The notes beneath the pieces are model-generated. The model had not been told where the DNA came from and made no database searches. It was given only the letters and a program-made list of their open reading frames with translations. Positions 49,826 through 60,928 of a stretch of 64,000 bases of DNA are shown in pieces. The stretch lies in contig JAUCBJ010008230.1 in assembly GCA_032718475.1 (NCBI GenBank), positions 1 to 64,000 on the forward strand. Direction: 5' to 3'. The position numbers and the translations under genes are program-made. Source of the stretch: Nemertoderma westbladi. Its lineage: Eukaryota > Animalia > Xenacoelomorpha. Positions within the stretch are counted from its first letter, which is position 1, and every line of letters starts with the position of its first letter.

Positions 49826-52549
49826 TTGGCGGTGTGCCGGTAGAGCCTGTTATCAATCTGTTCAACCTGTTTTACTGTTTTTCAATCAGTCACTGCTGTT
49901 GTACTTGCTAAGCTGTCTCTAATTTTGTATTAGGATATCGTATTTTCTGCAATTTGCTAATTTGATTAATTTCTTGAAATGATTTGCTAGTGCGATTACT
50001 TGCTTGTGTTTCTCAATAATTCCTTCGATTACTGCTAATTACAACTGAACTATGATTTCTACCTTTTGATTAATGGTTCTATGTGATTCTTTTCTGCGCA
50101 ATAATCCTAAGGGATTTCTGAGACTGTCAGACTTTGTGATTTGCATGCGCCGCTACGGTAGCTATTAGCATAATGGAGGGCTAAGGCGCCAGTGGGCGGT
50201 GGGCACATCGGGGGGTTAGCGACGAAGGGAGCGGAGGATTCAAAGGCGAGCAACGCTGGCGGGGGGTCACCGTTGCGGTCGGGCAATTTGCATTGTAGCG
50301 TGGGGGCAGCTCGCTGGTACAGTAATTAGGGGGCTGATGATCCAGGTTTTGTCTCTATTTAGTATTAGGGGGGCAGGAATTGGGTTAGTTAGGAAGCCTA
50401 GATGTACCCGGGAGAGGTCTGCGTGCTTTACAATTGCGAATTGCATGTATTGCAGTATTGCGAATTATTATATTGTGCTGTGTAATTGCTAATTGCGTGC
50501 ATTGCTGATTGTACAATTGTGAATCGCGCATTGCGAGCTGTGATTGCTGACGCTGATTGGTGTGTTACTAAAGTGTGCCTAAGATTACGAATGCTTAGAT
50601 AGGCGCTCTTTTCCCTTTGATTGATTTCTATCTCTTAGTTTACTGTAAATAATTACTGATTAGGTCAAAGTAATACAGTATTTTAGGCTGTTACATATTT
50701 GTGACTGTAATTAATTAGTGAAATTAAGAATTAGTACGCAGCATAGCGGAGAGTAGCTAAGGTAATAATTAGAGTACCGTAAACTATTCACGCTGAGCGG
50801 TTATTTGAATTAGCGGGCAATAAGCTAGATAGCAGTATTCAGTATGCAAAACGCATTAGTAATTTGCTGGCCTAAAGCCAGCCGCAGACAAGTTTAGTCC
50901 CACTATAGGTATTAGCCCTAATAAACACTGTACCACTTTGATTATTTTAAATATTCTCGCATTCACACATTCCGTTAGGGAACCCCCAGTATTCGCGATT
51001 AGAAAAGACGTAGGCATTGGCGTACTTTAACAGTAAGATTAGGCGTAAGAATATACTCTGAGTGTAAAACCTCTCACACTCGTTTTAAGTCAGCTTAGGG
51101 AGCCGATTCGGGTTTGTTGTTTTGGTTATTCCCGCGTGGCTCATATATTCGAACAGTTAGCTCTCTATCGAGTAATTGGTAGAGAAAGGAACAAGAAATT
51201 AGCAGGAGCCGTAGACTGGTAGAAAATTAGTAAAACATATTAGCGGACGGCAGGTTAGCGCCATCTAACGGTAAGTAGCGGTTTTGTATTTAGCAGCCCC
51301 TCACATTAGCAATAATACGCTCCTGATTGCCCTGTCTAATAAATAGAGCAGTTTGCAGTTTTGTGTCTTTATTGGTTAGGCCGGGGTAGTTTGTTTAACA
51401 GTAAAGCACGTTTTGTTTTGCTGTACTGTGTACAGTAAGACAGAGAGTATATTCTTTTAGGCTGTTAAATTAGATTACTGTATTATTTACTGTACTGCGT
51501 ATAGTAGGACAGAGAGTGTATTTTTAGGCTAGTTTAGATTACTGTATTCACTGGTCGCTGGTACAATAGTACAGTAGTACATTAGGCTGATTGCTGTTAC
51601 TGCGTACGGTAAAAGTGACATTTGTTTTGCCGTACCACACACAGTATTAATTAGGCTGTTAGGTTGGTGTACTGTTTTACTTACTGTACTGCGTACAGTG
51701 GATGTACGGTAGTGCGTTTTGCTAATTGCGAATACAGCAGTTCCTTAGGCCTTAGGGCAAATTGTAATTAGTAAGTTTTTTGAAAATTTTAGCTAGGTTT
51801 GCGAGAATTCAGTTTCGGTCACAATTATTTTGTAAAATTCTAGAGTTTTGTACCGGTATGTTAGGTAACCGCTTAGTTATTTTATACCATCTGGAGATAC
51901 ATGGCAAGACGGAACTTCTGAGTTTGGGGTTCGTGTGGGTCTGCGGGTTCGGTTTGCAATCAGCGAAGGGCCTGAATCTTTGGACGCGGACGTGGAATCT
52001 CACAGCAAACAAGGTTAGTTGTTCTGTTGGCACCATAGTGTTTGTGGAAGCAGTAAAAAATTATCGGTTGTTTAACTGCGAGGCTGAACTCAATTTATTA
52101 GTTAGGATATTTAGGTTTAGCCGGCCATGGTTTTTTGAATCGCTCAAGTTAGAGAGAGAGTTAGAGAGAGTCGCAACCCGAAGATGTAGCCACGCGCTAG
52201 TGGATACATATAATATTTGAAATTAAAATTACGTTGATTAGAGCTATATAAAATTAGAAATATTCGGGTGGCAAGTTTATTTTGAATATTTTGTATTAGA
52301 TTCAAAGTTATTTGTGCTATACCGGTATTTAATGCTATAGTAGCTATATAATAATAATTTTGTTTAAATATTGTGCTAGTATTTGCTATAACTATACCCC
52401 ATTAAATTCACAATATTGCATTGCGAATTTATTTGACATTTGGACCAACTGATTATTTGACAATTAATTTGACCGTATTTCGGTTAAATTATAATTATAT
52501 CTCGAACTTTTGCGAGATATTTTGCCGGAAGGCAAACATTATTTAGACT

Positions 52550-55500
52550 ATGAGTGTCTCAGACAAAGAGGCACTAGAGGACAGCTACGAGACGGCGGCT
52601 GGACCGCCGACTGACGATAGCACTAACATTACTGTTGATGACAATGCCGACTATGACGACGCAGCGAGCGACGCTGACGTAAGTGAACAGGAGGACGAGA
52701 CAGTGACTAGTGAGGAAGAACAACAACCTCAGGTAATAGTATTAGGATCCCCTACCGCTACTGTAAGGAAGGACTGTACGGCAGCCCGGACAGAGGTGAG
52801 TGATAGGGAGAGTAGTGTAGCAGAAGCGAGAGCCCGGAGCCCGGTTTCCAGACCTGTGGGTATGGTAAGTGCCGTGGTCCCGACGGCTGTAAGGAGTACC
52901 CGTAGTTCCCGAAATAACCCTTCAAGTCCACCGAGCGTAAGTCAGGTAAGTGATAGAGAGTTCGACACTGCGATGAAGAAGAAACTTCGCGCGCACGCCG
53001 GACATATAACTCGGACGGCGGACAAGGTAAGGAAGATGTTAGCTGACTCAGCGAACATCGGGAGGGTAGAGTTAGTAGAGGTTAGAAGAGGATATAACTC
53101 AGCGTTATTCAAGCAGACGGAGGAGCTTGCAGTCCTAGCGAAGAAGGCAGTAGAGTCTCAGTCGAGCGACGTAGCAACGAGGATTTACGACAGGGTTTTA
53201 GCAGCCTTGTTGGAGCACCGCGAGTTATCGGAGCGATTCCGACGAGTTAGGACGGAGAACTGGCTGCTATGGGCATCACAAGCGCAGGCGACTCAAGTGA
53301 GTGACGCAGAGCTGAGAGAGTTAGTGGAGCGAGAAGAGATCCAAGACAAGGAGGAGCGCAGGTATCAAAGGGAAGTTACTAGCTGGCTGATGCAGAATGG
53401 AGTGGTGGTACCAGGTCAGGTGCTACCGACGACGGAGAACATCCAACAGAGGACGTTGACTCCACCCGATGATGCATCTAGAGACAGCGGCGATTCCCAG
53501 GTTAGTCACGCGCGAGGTAAGGTAATATGTGCTAGATCCCTTGTTTCTCACAACTCGGCAGAGGAGAGAAGACGCCGACTAGACGAACAGCAGGCGGAAG
53601 TTTTGCGTGCATCAGAAGCACGGAAGGAAGCCGAGCGGGAACGGGAGCGAACACGTAAGTTAGACGCAAAGTTGCGAGAGTTGGAAGAGAAAAGTAAGCG
53701 CGAGCAAGCGGAACGCGAACGCAAGGAACGCGAACTCCAGTTCGAACGCGAACGCAAGGAACGCGAACTCCAGCTCGAACGCGAACAGAAGGAACGCGAA
53801 CAAAAGGAACGCGAACTCCAGCTCGAACGCGAACAGAAGGAACGCGAACAAAAGGAATACGAACTCCAACTCGAACGCGAGCGCAAGGAGCGCGAACTTG
53901 AGCGCGAGAGGGAGCGACGGGCGTTGTATGAAGAGAAGGCGCGTGTAGAAGAAGAGGGCGCAGCGAGACGAGCGAGGGAAGAAGAAGAACGTAAACTGGC
54001 GCAGTTGGAAAGTGCGAGATTAAGTTTAGAGAGCGAAGAACGGACTAGAAAGGCGAATGAAATCGCCGAGAAGGGGATGCGAATGATCGAAGAATGTGGG
54101 GCGAGTGTAGGTACTGAGTTGCGAGAACTGTTCGCACTGCAGAAGGCCGAACAGGAAGCGAGAACTCCGGCCATACGCGAGTCGACGACGACCAGAATTC
54201 CTATACCCGGTCCAGCTATTACGAGTACACGGATCGCTAAACCGTTCTCTACATATCGCACGCCAGTTGGTATTAGTGCTTCACCCATCGCGCAGAATCC
54301 ACGTCATCGGAACATCGCACCACTACACACCGAACACGACGATGAAGAGTTTAGAGAAACTCCGACGGGACGAGTACTTGGCGAACCGAACCCGCGGGTT
54401 TGGAATACGCGGACGGAGCGCCGACCCAGTTCGACGGAGAACTTCCGGGTTAAACCGGAAGAGGGATCATATGAGAGACAGCGGATTACTCAGATAGAGC
54501 CGACTATACAACAGAACCCTAGCCAGGAATTTATTACGAGGGATGAGTTAAGTGCTAGTTTAGCGCAAGCTATATCGCCGCACATCCAACCTATAACGGA
54601 CATGCTTAGCAACCTACGGTTAAAGGAAGCAGCCCAGGTAAGAAGTAATTCTAATCCTAGCAGGCCTGAGTTAGATAAAGTCCAGCCTAGTCAACGAGTA
54701 CGCATATCGGAGGAAACTATACCACATAGACCTCAGGTAAGGACGCCTGTCCCGAACATCTCTAATCCCAACTTCGAAAACTCAGCTGAGAAATTTATTG
54801 AGGAGGCTTGGATCAGGGCCTCGGCGCGCAAACCATCGCGAGCGCTAAGGACTGACACTGAGTCAAGCGATGAAGAGGAAGAAATGAGACGTCAGAAGTC
54901 CCGAAACTATAAGGAAAGAAGGACCGACGCGGAGCAGGTAAGTTGGAACCACCGGGAAAGGACCAGACTTAATAACCCTGCGGAACTAAACCATTTGTTA
55001 ACCCGGAATGACGCAACCCTTAGGGACATAGGTAAGTTTGCTGCTAGGCAAGGACTGCCGACGCAACAACCCCAGAAGTTTATGGGCAACCATAAACATT
55101 GGAGGACTTTCAAAACCTATGTCGACGAGCAGCTAACCAACAGCACCTTTACTCCCAACGAGAAGTTCAACTATTTGCTTCAGATGCTCCATCGAGAACC
55201 TAGAGCCATTGCTGATAACTTCGTCGGCAACGAGAGAGCATTCGAGTTAGCGATGAAGACGCTTAGTGACATATACGGGAATAAAACCAAGATGGCGCAG
55301 TCGATAGTAGAAGACTTGGGTAAGGGCGGAAGGATTACAACTCCGTTAGAGCTGTTGAACTTAGCGAACGCTATTTCGAACGCATTGGACATCTTGAGGA
55401 CGGTGAATCTACCTCATCATGGTGATCACGCCGAAGTTTTAAAGAGCGTAATAAGACGTCTAAACATGCGTTACCGACAGAAATGGCGCAAATTAGAGAA

Positions 55501-58500
55501 TAAGTTGGAGGGTCAAGGTAAGGTGTTGACACTTCAGCATATTCATGACATGATAGCCACAGACGCAGTAGCAGAGATGAAATCAAACTTCTCAGAGGAG
55601 AATATGAGGGAGTCTAAACCTGCTACCGGTAAGTCTATGGTAAGTTTTGACGATGACAGGACCACTGTGACTTATAACTCAGTAGACAGATATAATTCGA
55701 GTACCCCAGCCTTTAGATCAGACTCGCGAGTATGGTCAGGTGAGCGGTTAGATAGACCTAGGTTGAAGCAACAGGAGTTGCCGGATGGATTTGTAGGTTG
55801 CCAATACTGTTTACTAAAGGAGGTAAGATCTGACGACCATAAGTTAGATAGTTGCAGACGGTTCAAAGAATTAAATTCGGAACAGAGAAGAGTTCAAGTG
55901 CGGACGTTGGACACCTGTTGGGCATGTCTTGCGCCAGGTCATGTACGGCGACAGTGCCCGAACAGCAAGGACGGATGCATGGAATGCGGCAGACTACATC
56001 ACAAGTTGCTACATGCGGATTTCCATACCCCAACGGACCGTTACTTACAGCGAAATCCTCAAAGGAAGGGGAGCAAAGAACCCGTATCGATAAGGAGGAA
56101 TACGTACACTGGCATCCAGGACGATGGTTATCAACCAGGTTCGTCGGATGAGGATGGCGAGTTGAGCGCAAGAGAGGTGACCTGCCAAGGTTTCACCGCG
56201 GATAGTTCATCGACCAGCGCGCGGACGTATTTATCATCGGCCACGTCGGAAATATTTAGCGTGATTCCGGTGAAACTCACTGGAGATAAGGGATCGAAGC
56301 GAATATATGTGATGTTGGACACTGCGTCCACATTATCCTATATCGACGAGGAAGTGGCGAGAGCCGTTTCTAGCTTCCAGGACGCTGAGGAGATCCAAAT
56401 AGAGTTGAAGTCTATGCACGGGGTAGGAGACCTCAAGGGACACAGAATTTCGGTAGAACTAGATTCCCTACTTCCGAGAGACCAACACACTCGACAAGAA
56501 CGGAAAGCTTTGCCATTGGACGGATTTAAGTGTCTAGCTATGAAGGGATTCGGCAGGCAGTTAGGTAAGGTGCCGCCGATGAGTCCCATAGCACAGGAGT
56601 ATTTTGACAAGCTCAGGATACCCAGACACCAGGTAGGTTATAGGAATGTTTCTATGTTGATTGGTGCAGAACAGCTGATCGCACACCAAATATGGGAAAC
56701 GAGACCAGCTGAGCCGCATGTTAATGGACCACATGCCCATAGGACTATACTAGGTTGGTATACAAGAGTACCCATGTCTTATGAGTTTACAGGTGGCGAC
56801 AAGCCAATGAACAGATACGATGAATTACAGCCTATAACTCAACCACCGTTAGTAGAACCACCAGACATAGACGAGTTTAGGAGAACCTGTATTGACCACT
56901 ATAGTGACTTTAGCGAGTCGGACGAGGAGTTGATTCCCGATAATGTTAGGTTGTCGGAACCACTTCACAACGACCGGACAGATAGTGAACCCGAGGACTA
57001 CTGTTATCAGACCCGTGGGTCTGGTTCAGCGGCCCACGCTACCTATTTGACTAACGTTTTGACTTATACAGACATAGTGGAGGGTCAAGTGGCTAAATAT
57101 CGAGACCTAGACATTTTCCAATACAGTGAGGAGGAATTACAGAAGGAATTGATACGCCAGGACCTCGAGACAGGAGCCAGAACCGTCGAATGGCTGGATA
57201 GGGACGCAATGGAACCCGGTGGATATGACCTAGCCATGTCTACTGATGAGAAACGGTCGCTGGAGATGATGGAAGATACCATACGTCTACTACCGACTGG
57301 ACATTTTGAAGTTGGAATGTTGTGGCGTCGACAACCACCTAAGTTGGAGAACAACTACAACTTAGCCTTGAAAAGATTAAACGGAGTAAGGGCTCGGTTG
57401 TTGAGGAATCCGGACATTAGGGAGAAGTATTGCGCCCAGATCAACAACTATTTCGCCAAGGGATTTGCTGGGAAGGTAGAGGACCCTGACTTAGTGACAG
57501 ACCAGACTTATTACCTTCCACACCACTATGTGACTCACCCTGACAAGCCAGACAAGGTTCGAGTAGTCAACGACTGCGCAGCAGTCTATAGAGGTATGTC
57601 CCTGAATTCAGAGTTGATGGATGGTCCCAACCTGAATAACTATTTGATAGGAATACTGTTGCGTTTTAGACAGCGGCGATTCGCATTTACTTGTGACATC
57701 GAGGCGATGTTCCACCAGGTAAGAGCCTGTAAGGCAGACCAGGATAGCCTTCGCTTTCTCTGGTATGAGAATGAAGACTTATCCGGCCCAGTGGTTACAT
57801 ACCAGATGTACGTTAGGATATTTGGCGCCCGCGATAGTCCGAATGGCACGCTGTTCGTTTTAAAGAAAACGGCAACAGCCCAGATTGGTAAGTACCCAGT
57901 AGAGGTTATCGAGTCCATCTTGAGAAACTTCTATATGGACGATGGATTGGTGTCCAAGGACACGGCGGAACAAGCCATAGAAGTGGCTCACGGCCTGCAA
58001 GAGTGCTTGGCTTCAGGGGGTTTTCCTCTAACCAAGTTCACTACGAATTCGGAGGCCCTATTAGAATCGTTCCCGGTAAAAGATCGCGGGAGCGGAGACA
58101 TAGAATTGGGGGTAGAACCAATCCCCATGGCGCGAGTACTGGGACTCGCTTGGAATCCGAACTCAGACAAGTTCCAGGTAAGAGTTAGATTTGAGCCCAG
58201 TAGCCCAGACAAAATTTTGACTAAGAGAATTTGCTTATCGACATTGAGTAGACTATTTGACCCGATGAACTTTATCAGTCCGGTTATATTACAGGCACGA
58301 GCGTGCATGAGGAAAATTTGGTTGTCCGACTTAGAGTGGGACGAACCAATATCTCCTATACATGCAAAGCAGTGGAGAGAGTGGGAAGCCGAGTTGCATC
58401 TATTGAAAAATATATATGTGCCCCGATCCTACTTTCCGAATCAGCTGGTATTTCCAGCTGATCTCGAACTCCACCTATTTAGTGACGCAAGTGACACCGG

Positions 58501-60928
58501 CTTTGGTATGGTAGCCTACCTTCGCCGAGAGGTAAGTCAGGACAAATTTGAGACGGCCTTTGTGACTTCTAGATCAAAGACAATGCCGGTCAAATACATG
58601 ACTGTCCCTCGTGCAGAGTTACAGGCGGCTGTAGTTTCGGTCGAGGTAAGTAAGCAAATAATTGAGGAGTTAGACACGACATTGACCTTATTCTATTGGA
58701 CGGACGCATCCTTGGTGTTAGTATACATTGCGGCCGACAATATTGCACTAAAGACATTTGTGGCCAATAGACGCGCTCAGATCGTTGATTTTTCGACGAA
58801 GGAACAGTGGAGACATTGTCCGGGAGTGTTGAACCCGGCCGACATAACTTCAAGAGGTGCAATGCCGGCGGAATTCTGTCGGGAAGAGTCGCAGGAGTTT
58901 TGGTTGCATGGACCTGATTTTCTAACGAGGACACAGGAACATTGGCCAGAGCGACTAAAGATAGTGACCAATCCGATGCCTGAAGATGCAGAAGTCAAGG
59001 TGGAGAAAGTCTCTAAGTCAAAGTCTAAAGCCAAACTTAAGTCATTGGAGCGGCCTGAAGAGTCATTGGAGCGGCCTGAAGAGTCATTGGAGCGGCCTGA
59101 AGAGTCATTGGAGCGGCCCGGAGACCTGTCAGACCAACAGACTTACGTGACTACTAGGTCAGGAAGGGTAAGTTATGACATAAAACCGCCCTTACAGACT
59201 AAACCGGAGTCACAGTTGGTAAGTGACGGACAGAAAATGACCGACAAAATGGAGCCTTTGGTTTCCAAACCTGCGGGTTTGGATTCGAAACTTCCGTTAA
59301 TTAGCGGACAACCGTCGCTGGCATTAGAGTCATGCAGTATTTATGACAAATTACTAAATTCGTCTGCCTCTTGGCTGACAATTTGTAAAAGAACTGCGTG
59401 GTTAAGCCGATACGTTTCGTACCTTTGTATAAAACATTCGAAACATTTGAGAGAACCATTGAGCACCAATAGTGAGCGAATTCGGAAATTGAAACAACCT
59501 CTGACAGAGGATGAGATTGATCAAGCGGAATTAAAGCATTTGACGCATTATCAAATGTGTGCCTTCCCCAAAGAATTCCATCTATTATCGGCTCAACGAC
59601 CAGTTCTCTATAAACCCCTTAGAAAATGGAGTCCATTAATCCATAAGGGTTTGATTTGTCATAGATCGAGAATCCAGACTGTCGACATAAACTCACAGTT
59701 TCGGTTCCCAGTGATAATCCCTAGTCACCCAATAGAATTGCAAAGAGCGATTCTATGGGATATACACAAGAGGTTGCATCACGCGGGAAAGTTACACTGT
59801 CTGTCGGCAGCGAGACAGCGATTCATTCTATTGCAGCCAAGCAGGGCAGTAGGCACTATGTACGACGCCTGTCTGGTTTGCAAGAGGGTGAACGCCAGAG
59901 TATTGGAACAGGAGATGGCTGAACTCCCGGAAGCGAGAGTGCAGGCATATGACCCACCCTTTACGAATACAGGGGTGGACTGTTTTGGTCCGATTGAAGC
60001 AAAGAGTGGACGGCTGACCCACAAGCGATGGGGTCTGCTACTGACATGTATGGCTAGTAGAGCCATACATATCGAGCGTGTGGCAGACATGTCGACCAAA
60101 TCTCTGCTCCTGGCCTTGAAGAGATTTATGGCCAGGAGAGGACTAGTAAAGGCGTTCTACTCTGACAAGGGTACAAACTTTGTCGGAGGGAATAGCGAGT
60201 TGAACGCGGCTCATAAAGCAGCACAGAATAAGGAAATTTCTGCAGCACTTTTGCCGCAAAGAGTAGAATGGAGATTTAATACTCCAGAGAGTCCTTTGAG
60301 AGGAGGAAGTTGGGAGCGTTTGGTTCGCTCTGTGAAGCAGGCCATTGCCAAAACATTGCCTGTGAACAAACAACTTACCGACGACGAACTGGTCACAGCT
60401 TTCATTGAAATCGAGCATACACTAAACTCGAGGCCGATAGCTATGTTGCCAGACGGTGTTGCATTAACGCCGAATCATTTGCTAATGCAGAGTCCAGCAT
60501 TTCTTGTGCCGGCATCAGAACCCATTAGTGCCGACCTATATAGTCGTAAAAGCTGGAAAGTAACACAGTTTGTGGCGTACACATTCTGGGAATATTGGCG
60601 GGAATACTATCTTCCCACCATATCCACCAGAACAAAGTGGTACAAAACGGTTCGGAGCCTCCAAAGGGGAGATTACGTACTGATAACCGAACCTATTGTC
60701 AAGAGAAAGTATTGGGAGACGGGAGTGATCTTGCACACACACCCAGACGTGCAAAACATAGTGCGCACAGTCACTGTGAAAATTAGGTGCAAGTGTCCGC
60801 ACCCAAAAAAGTGTAAAACTAATGGTTTACACACCTTGGACCGACCGGTCCAAGATATCGTGTTATTAGAGGAGACACGTATCGAGACGGGAGATTATAA
60901 TTTGTCTCCTGCCTCAAAACAGAGTTAG
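52550..60928 (+). CDS. BEL/Pao gag-pol polyprotein, 2792 aa (coiled coil, DUF1759-like gag, three zinc knuckles, aspartic protease, RT, RNase H, integrase, DUF5641-like C-terminus)
   Basis: CQYC..H..C / CWAC..GH..C / CMEC..HHKLLH; LDTAS (56318); YLPHH; YMDD (57932-57943); LHLFSDAS; NPAD; HH..CLVC; GVDCFGP, SDKGTNF, GGSWERL; LTPNHLL; FW..W..YYL. Confidence 0.98.
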   Translation: MSVSDKEALEDSYETAAGPPTDDSTNITVDDNADYDDAASDADVSEQEDETVTSEEEQQPQVIVLGSPTATVRKDCTAARTEVSDRESSVAEARARSPVSRPVGMVSAVVPTAVRSTRSSRNNPSSPPSVSQVSDREFDTAMKKKLRAHAGHITRTADKVRKMLADSANIGRVELVEVRRGYNSALFKQTEELAVLAKKAVESQSSDVATRIYDRVLAALLEHRELSERFRRVRTENWLLWASQAQATQVSDAELRELVEREEIQDKEERRYQREVTSWLMQNGVVVPGQVLPTTENIQQRTLTPPDDASRDSGDSQVSHARGKVICARSLVSHNSAEERRRRLDEQQAEVLRASEARKEAERERERTRKLDAKLRELEEKSKREQAERERKERELQFERERKERELQLEREQKEREQKERELQLEREQKEREQKEYELQLERERKERELERERERRALYEEKARVEEEGAARRAREEEERKLAQLESARLSLESEERTRKANEIAEKGMRMIEECGASVGTELRELFALQKAEQEARTPAIRESTTTRIPIPGPAITSTRIAKPFSTYRTPVGISASPIAQNPRHRNIAPLHTEHDDEEFRETPTGRVLGEPNPRVWNTRTERRPSSTENFRVKPEEGSYERQRITQIEPTIQQNPSQEFITRDELSASLAQAISPHIQPITDMLSNLRLKEAAQVRSNSNPSRPELDKVQPSQRVRISEETIPHRPQVRTPVPNISNPNFENSAEKFIEEAWIRASARKPSRALRTDTESSDEEEEMRRQKSRNYKERRTDAEQVSWNHRERTRLNNPAELNHLLTRNDATLRDIGKFAARQGLPTQQPQKFMGNHKHWRTFKTYVDEQLTNSTFTPNEKFNYLLQMLHREPRAIADNFVGNERAFELAMKTLSDIYGNKTKMAQSIVEDLGKGGRITTPLELLNLANAISNALDILRTVNLPHHGDHAEVLKSVIRRLNMRYRQKWRKLENKLEGQGKVLTLQHIHDMIATDAVAEMKSNFSEENMRESKPATGKSMVSFDDDRTTVTYNSVDRYNSSTPAFRSDSRVWSGERLDRPRLKQQELPDGFVGCQYCLLKEVRSDDHKLDSCRRFKELNSEQRRVQVRTLDTCWACLAPGHVRRQCPNSKDGCMECGRLHHKLLHADFHTPTDRYLQRNPQRKGSKEPVSIRRNTYTGIQDDGYQPGSSDEDGELSAREVTCQGFTADSSSTSARTYLSSATSEIFSVIPVKLTGDKGSKRIYVMLDTASTLSYIDEEVARAVSSFQDAEEIQIELKSMHGVGDLKGHRISVELDSLLPRDQHTRQERKALPLDGFKCLAMKGFGRQLGKVPPMSPIAQEYFDKLRIPRHQVGYRNVSMLIGAEQLIAHQIWETRPAEPHVNGPHAHRTILGWYTRVPMSYEFTGGDKPMNRYDELQPITQPPLVEPPDIDEFRRTCIDHYSDFSESDEELIPDNVRLSEPLHNDRTDSEPEDYCYQTRGSGSAAHATYLTNVLTYTDIVEGQVAKYRDLDIFQYSEEELQKELIRQDLETGARTVEWLDRDAMEPGGYDLAMSTDEKRSLEMMEDTIRLLPTGHFEVGMLWRRQPPKLENNYNLALKRLNGVRARLLRNPDIREKYCAQINNYFAKGFAGKVEDPDLVTDQTYYLPHHYVTHPDKPDKVRVVNDCAAVYRGMSLNSELMDGPNLNNYLIGILLRFRQRRFAFTCDIEAMFHQVRACKADQDSLRFLWYENEDLSGPVVTYQMYVRIFGARDSPNGTLFVLKKTATAQIGKYPVEVIESILRNFYMDDGLVSKDTAEQAIEVAHGLQECLASGGFPLTKFTTNSEALLESFPVKDRGSGDIELGVEPIPMARVLGLAWNPNSDKFQVRVRFEPSSPDKILTKRICLSTLSRLFDPMNFISPVILQARACMRKIWLSDLEWDEPISPIHAKQWREWEAELHLLKNIYVPRSYFPNQLVFPADLELHLFSDASDTGFGMVAYLRREVSQDKFETAFVTSRSKTMPVKYMTVPRAELQAAVVSVEVSKQIIEELDTTLTLFYWTDASLVLVYIAADNIALKTFVANRRAQIVDFSTKEQWRHCPGVLNPADITSRGAMPAEFCREESQEFWLHGPDFLTRTQEHWPERLKIVTNPMPEDAEVKVEKVSKSKSKAKLKSLERPEESLERPEESLERPEESLERPGDLSDQQTYVTTRSGRVSYDIKPPLQTKPESQLVSDGQKMTDKMEPLVSKPAGLDSKLPLISGQPSLALESCSIYDKLLNSSASWLTICKRTAWLSRYVSYLCIKHSKHLREPLSTNSERIRKLKQPLTEDEIDQAELKHLTHYQMCAFPKEFHLLSAQRPVLYKPLRKWSPLIHKGLICHRSRIQTVDINSQFRFPVIIPSHPIELQRAILWDIHKRLHHAGKLHCLSAARQRFILLQPSRAVGTMYDACLVCKRVNARVLEQEMAELPEARVQAYDPPFTNTGVDCFGPIEAKSGRLTHKRWGLLLTCMASRAIHIERVADMSTKSLLLALKRFMARRGLVKAFYSDKGTNFVGGNSELNAAHKAAQNKEISAALLPQRVEWRFNTPESPLRGGSWERLVRSVKQAIAKTLPVNKQLTDDELVTAFIEIEHTLNSRPIAMLPDGVALTPNHLLMQSPAFLVPASEPISADLYSRKSWKVTQFVAYTFWEYWREYYLPTISTRTKWYKTVRSLQRGDYVLITEPIVKRKYWETGVILHTHPDVQNIVRTVTVKIRCKCPHPKKCKTNGLHTLDRPVQDIVLLEETRIETGDYNLSPASKQS
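53711..53905. repeat. Tandem ERE(R/Q)KERELQ-coding repeats (charged helix) in right gag
   Basis: Repeated GAACGCGAAC / AAGGAACGCGAACTCCAG units. Confidence 0.9.
59041..59118. repeat. 21-bp tandem repeat x3.7 (SLERPEE) in the RNase H-integrase linker
   Basis: GTCATTGGAGCGGCCTGAAGA at 59041, 59062, 59083; partial at 59104. Confidence 0.95.

Noticed and set aside
51780-52220. 146-aa leader ORF
   Set aside because: TTG start, no motif, and no counterpart seen in the left element's leader.
53548-60802. Antisense/overlapping ORFs within the right gag-pol (e.g. 53548..54288, 246 aa)
   Set aside because: Low-complexity mirror of the Glu/Arg repeat and normal antisense shadows.
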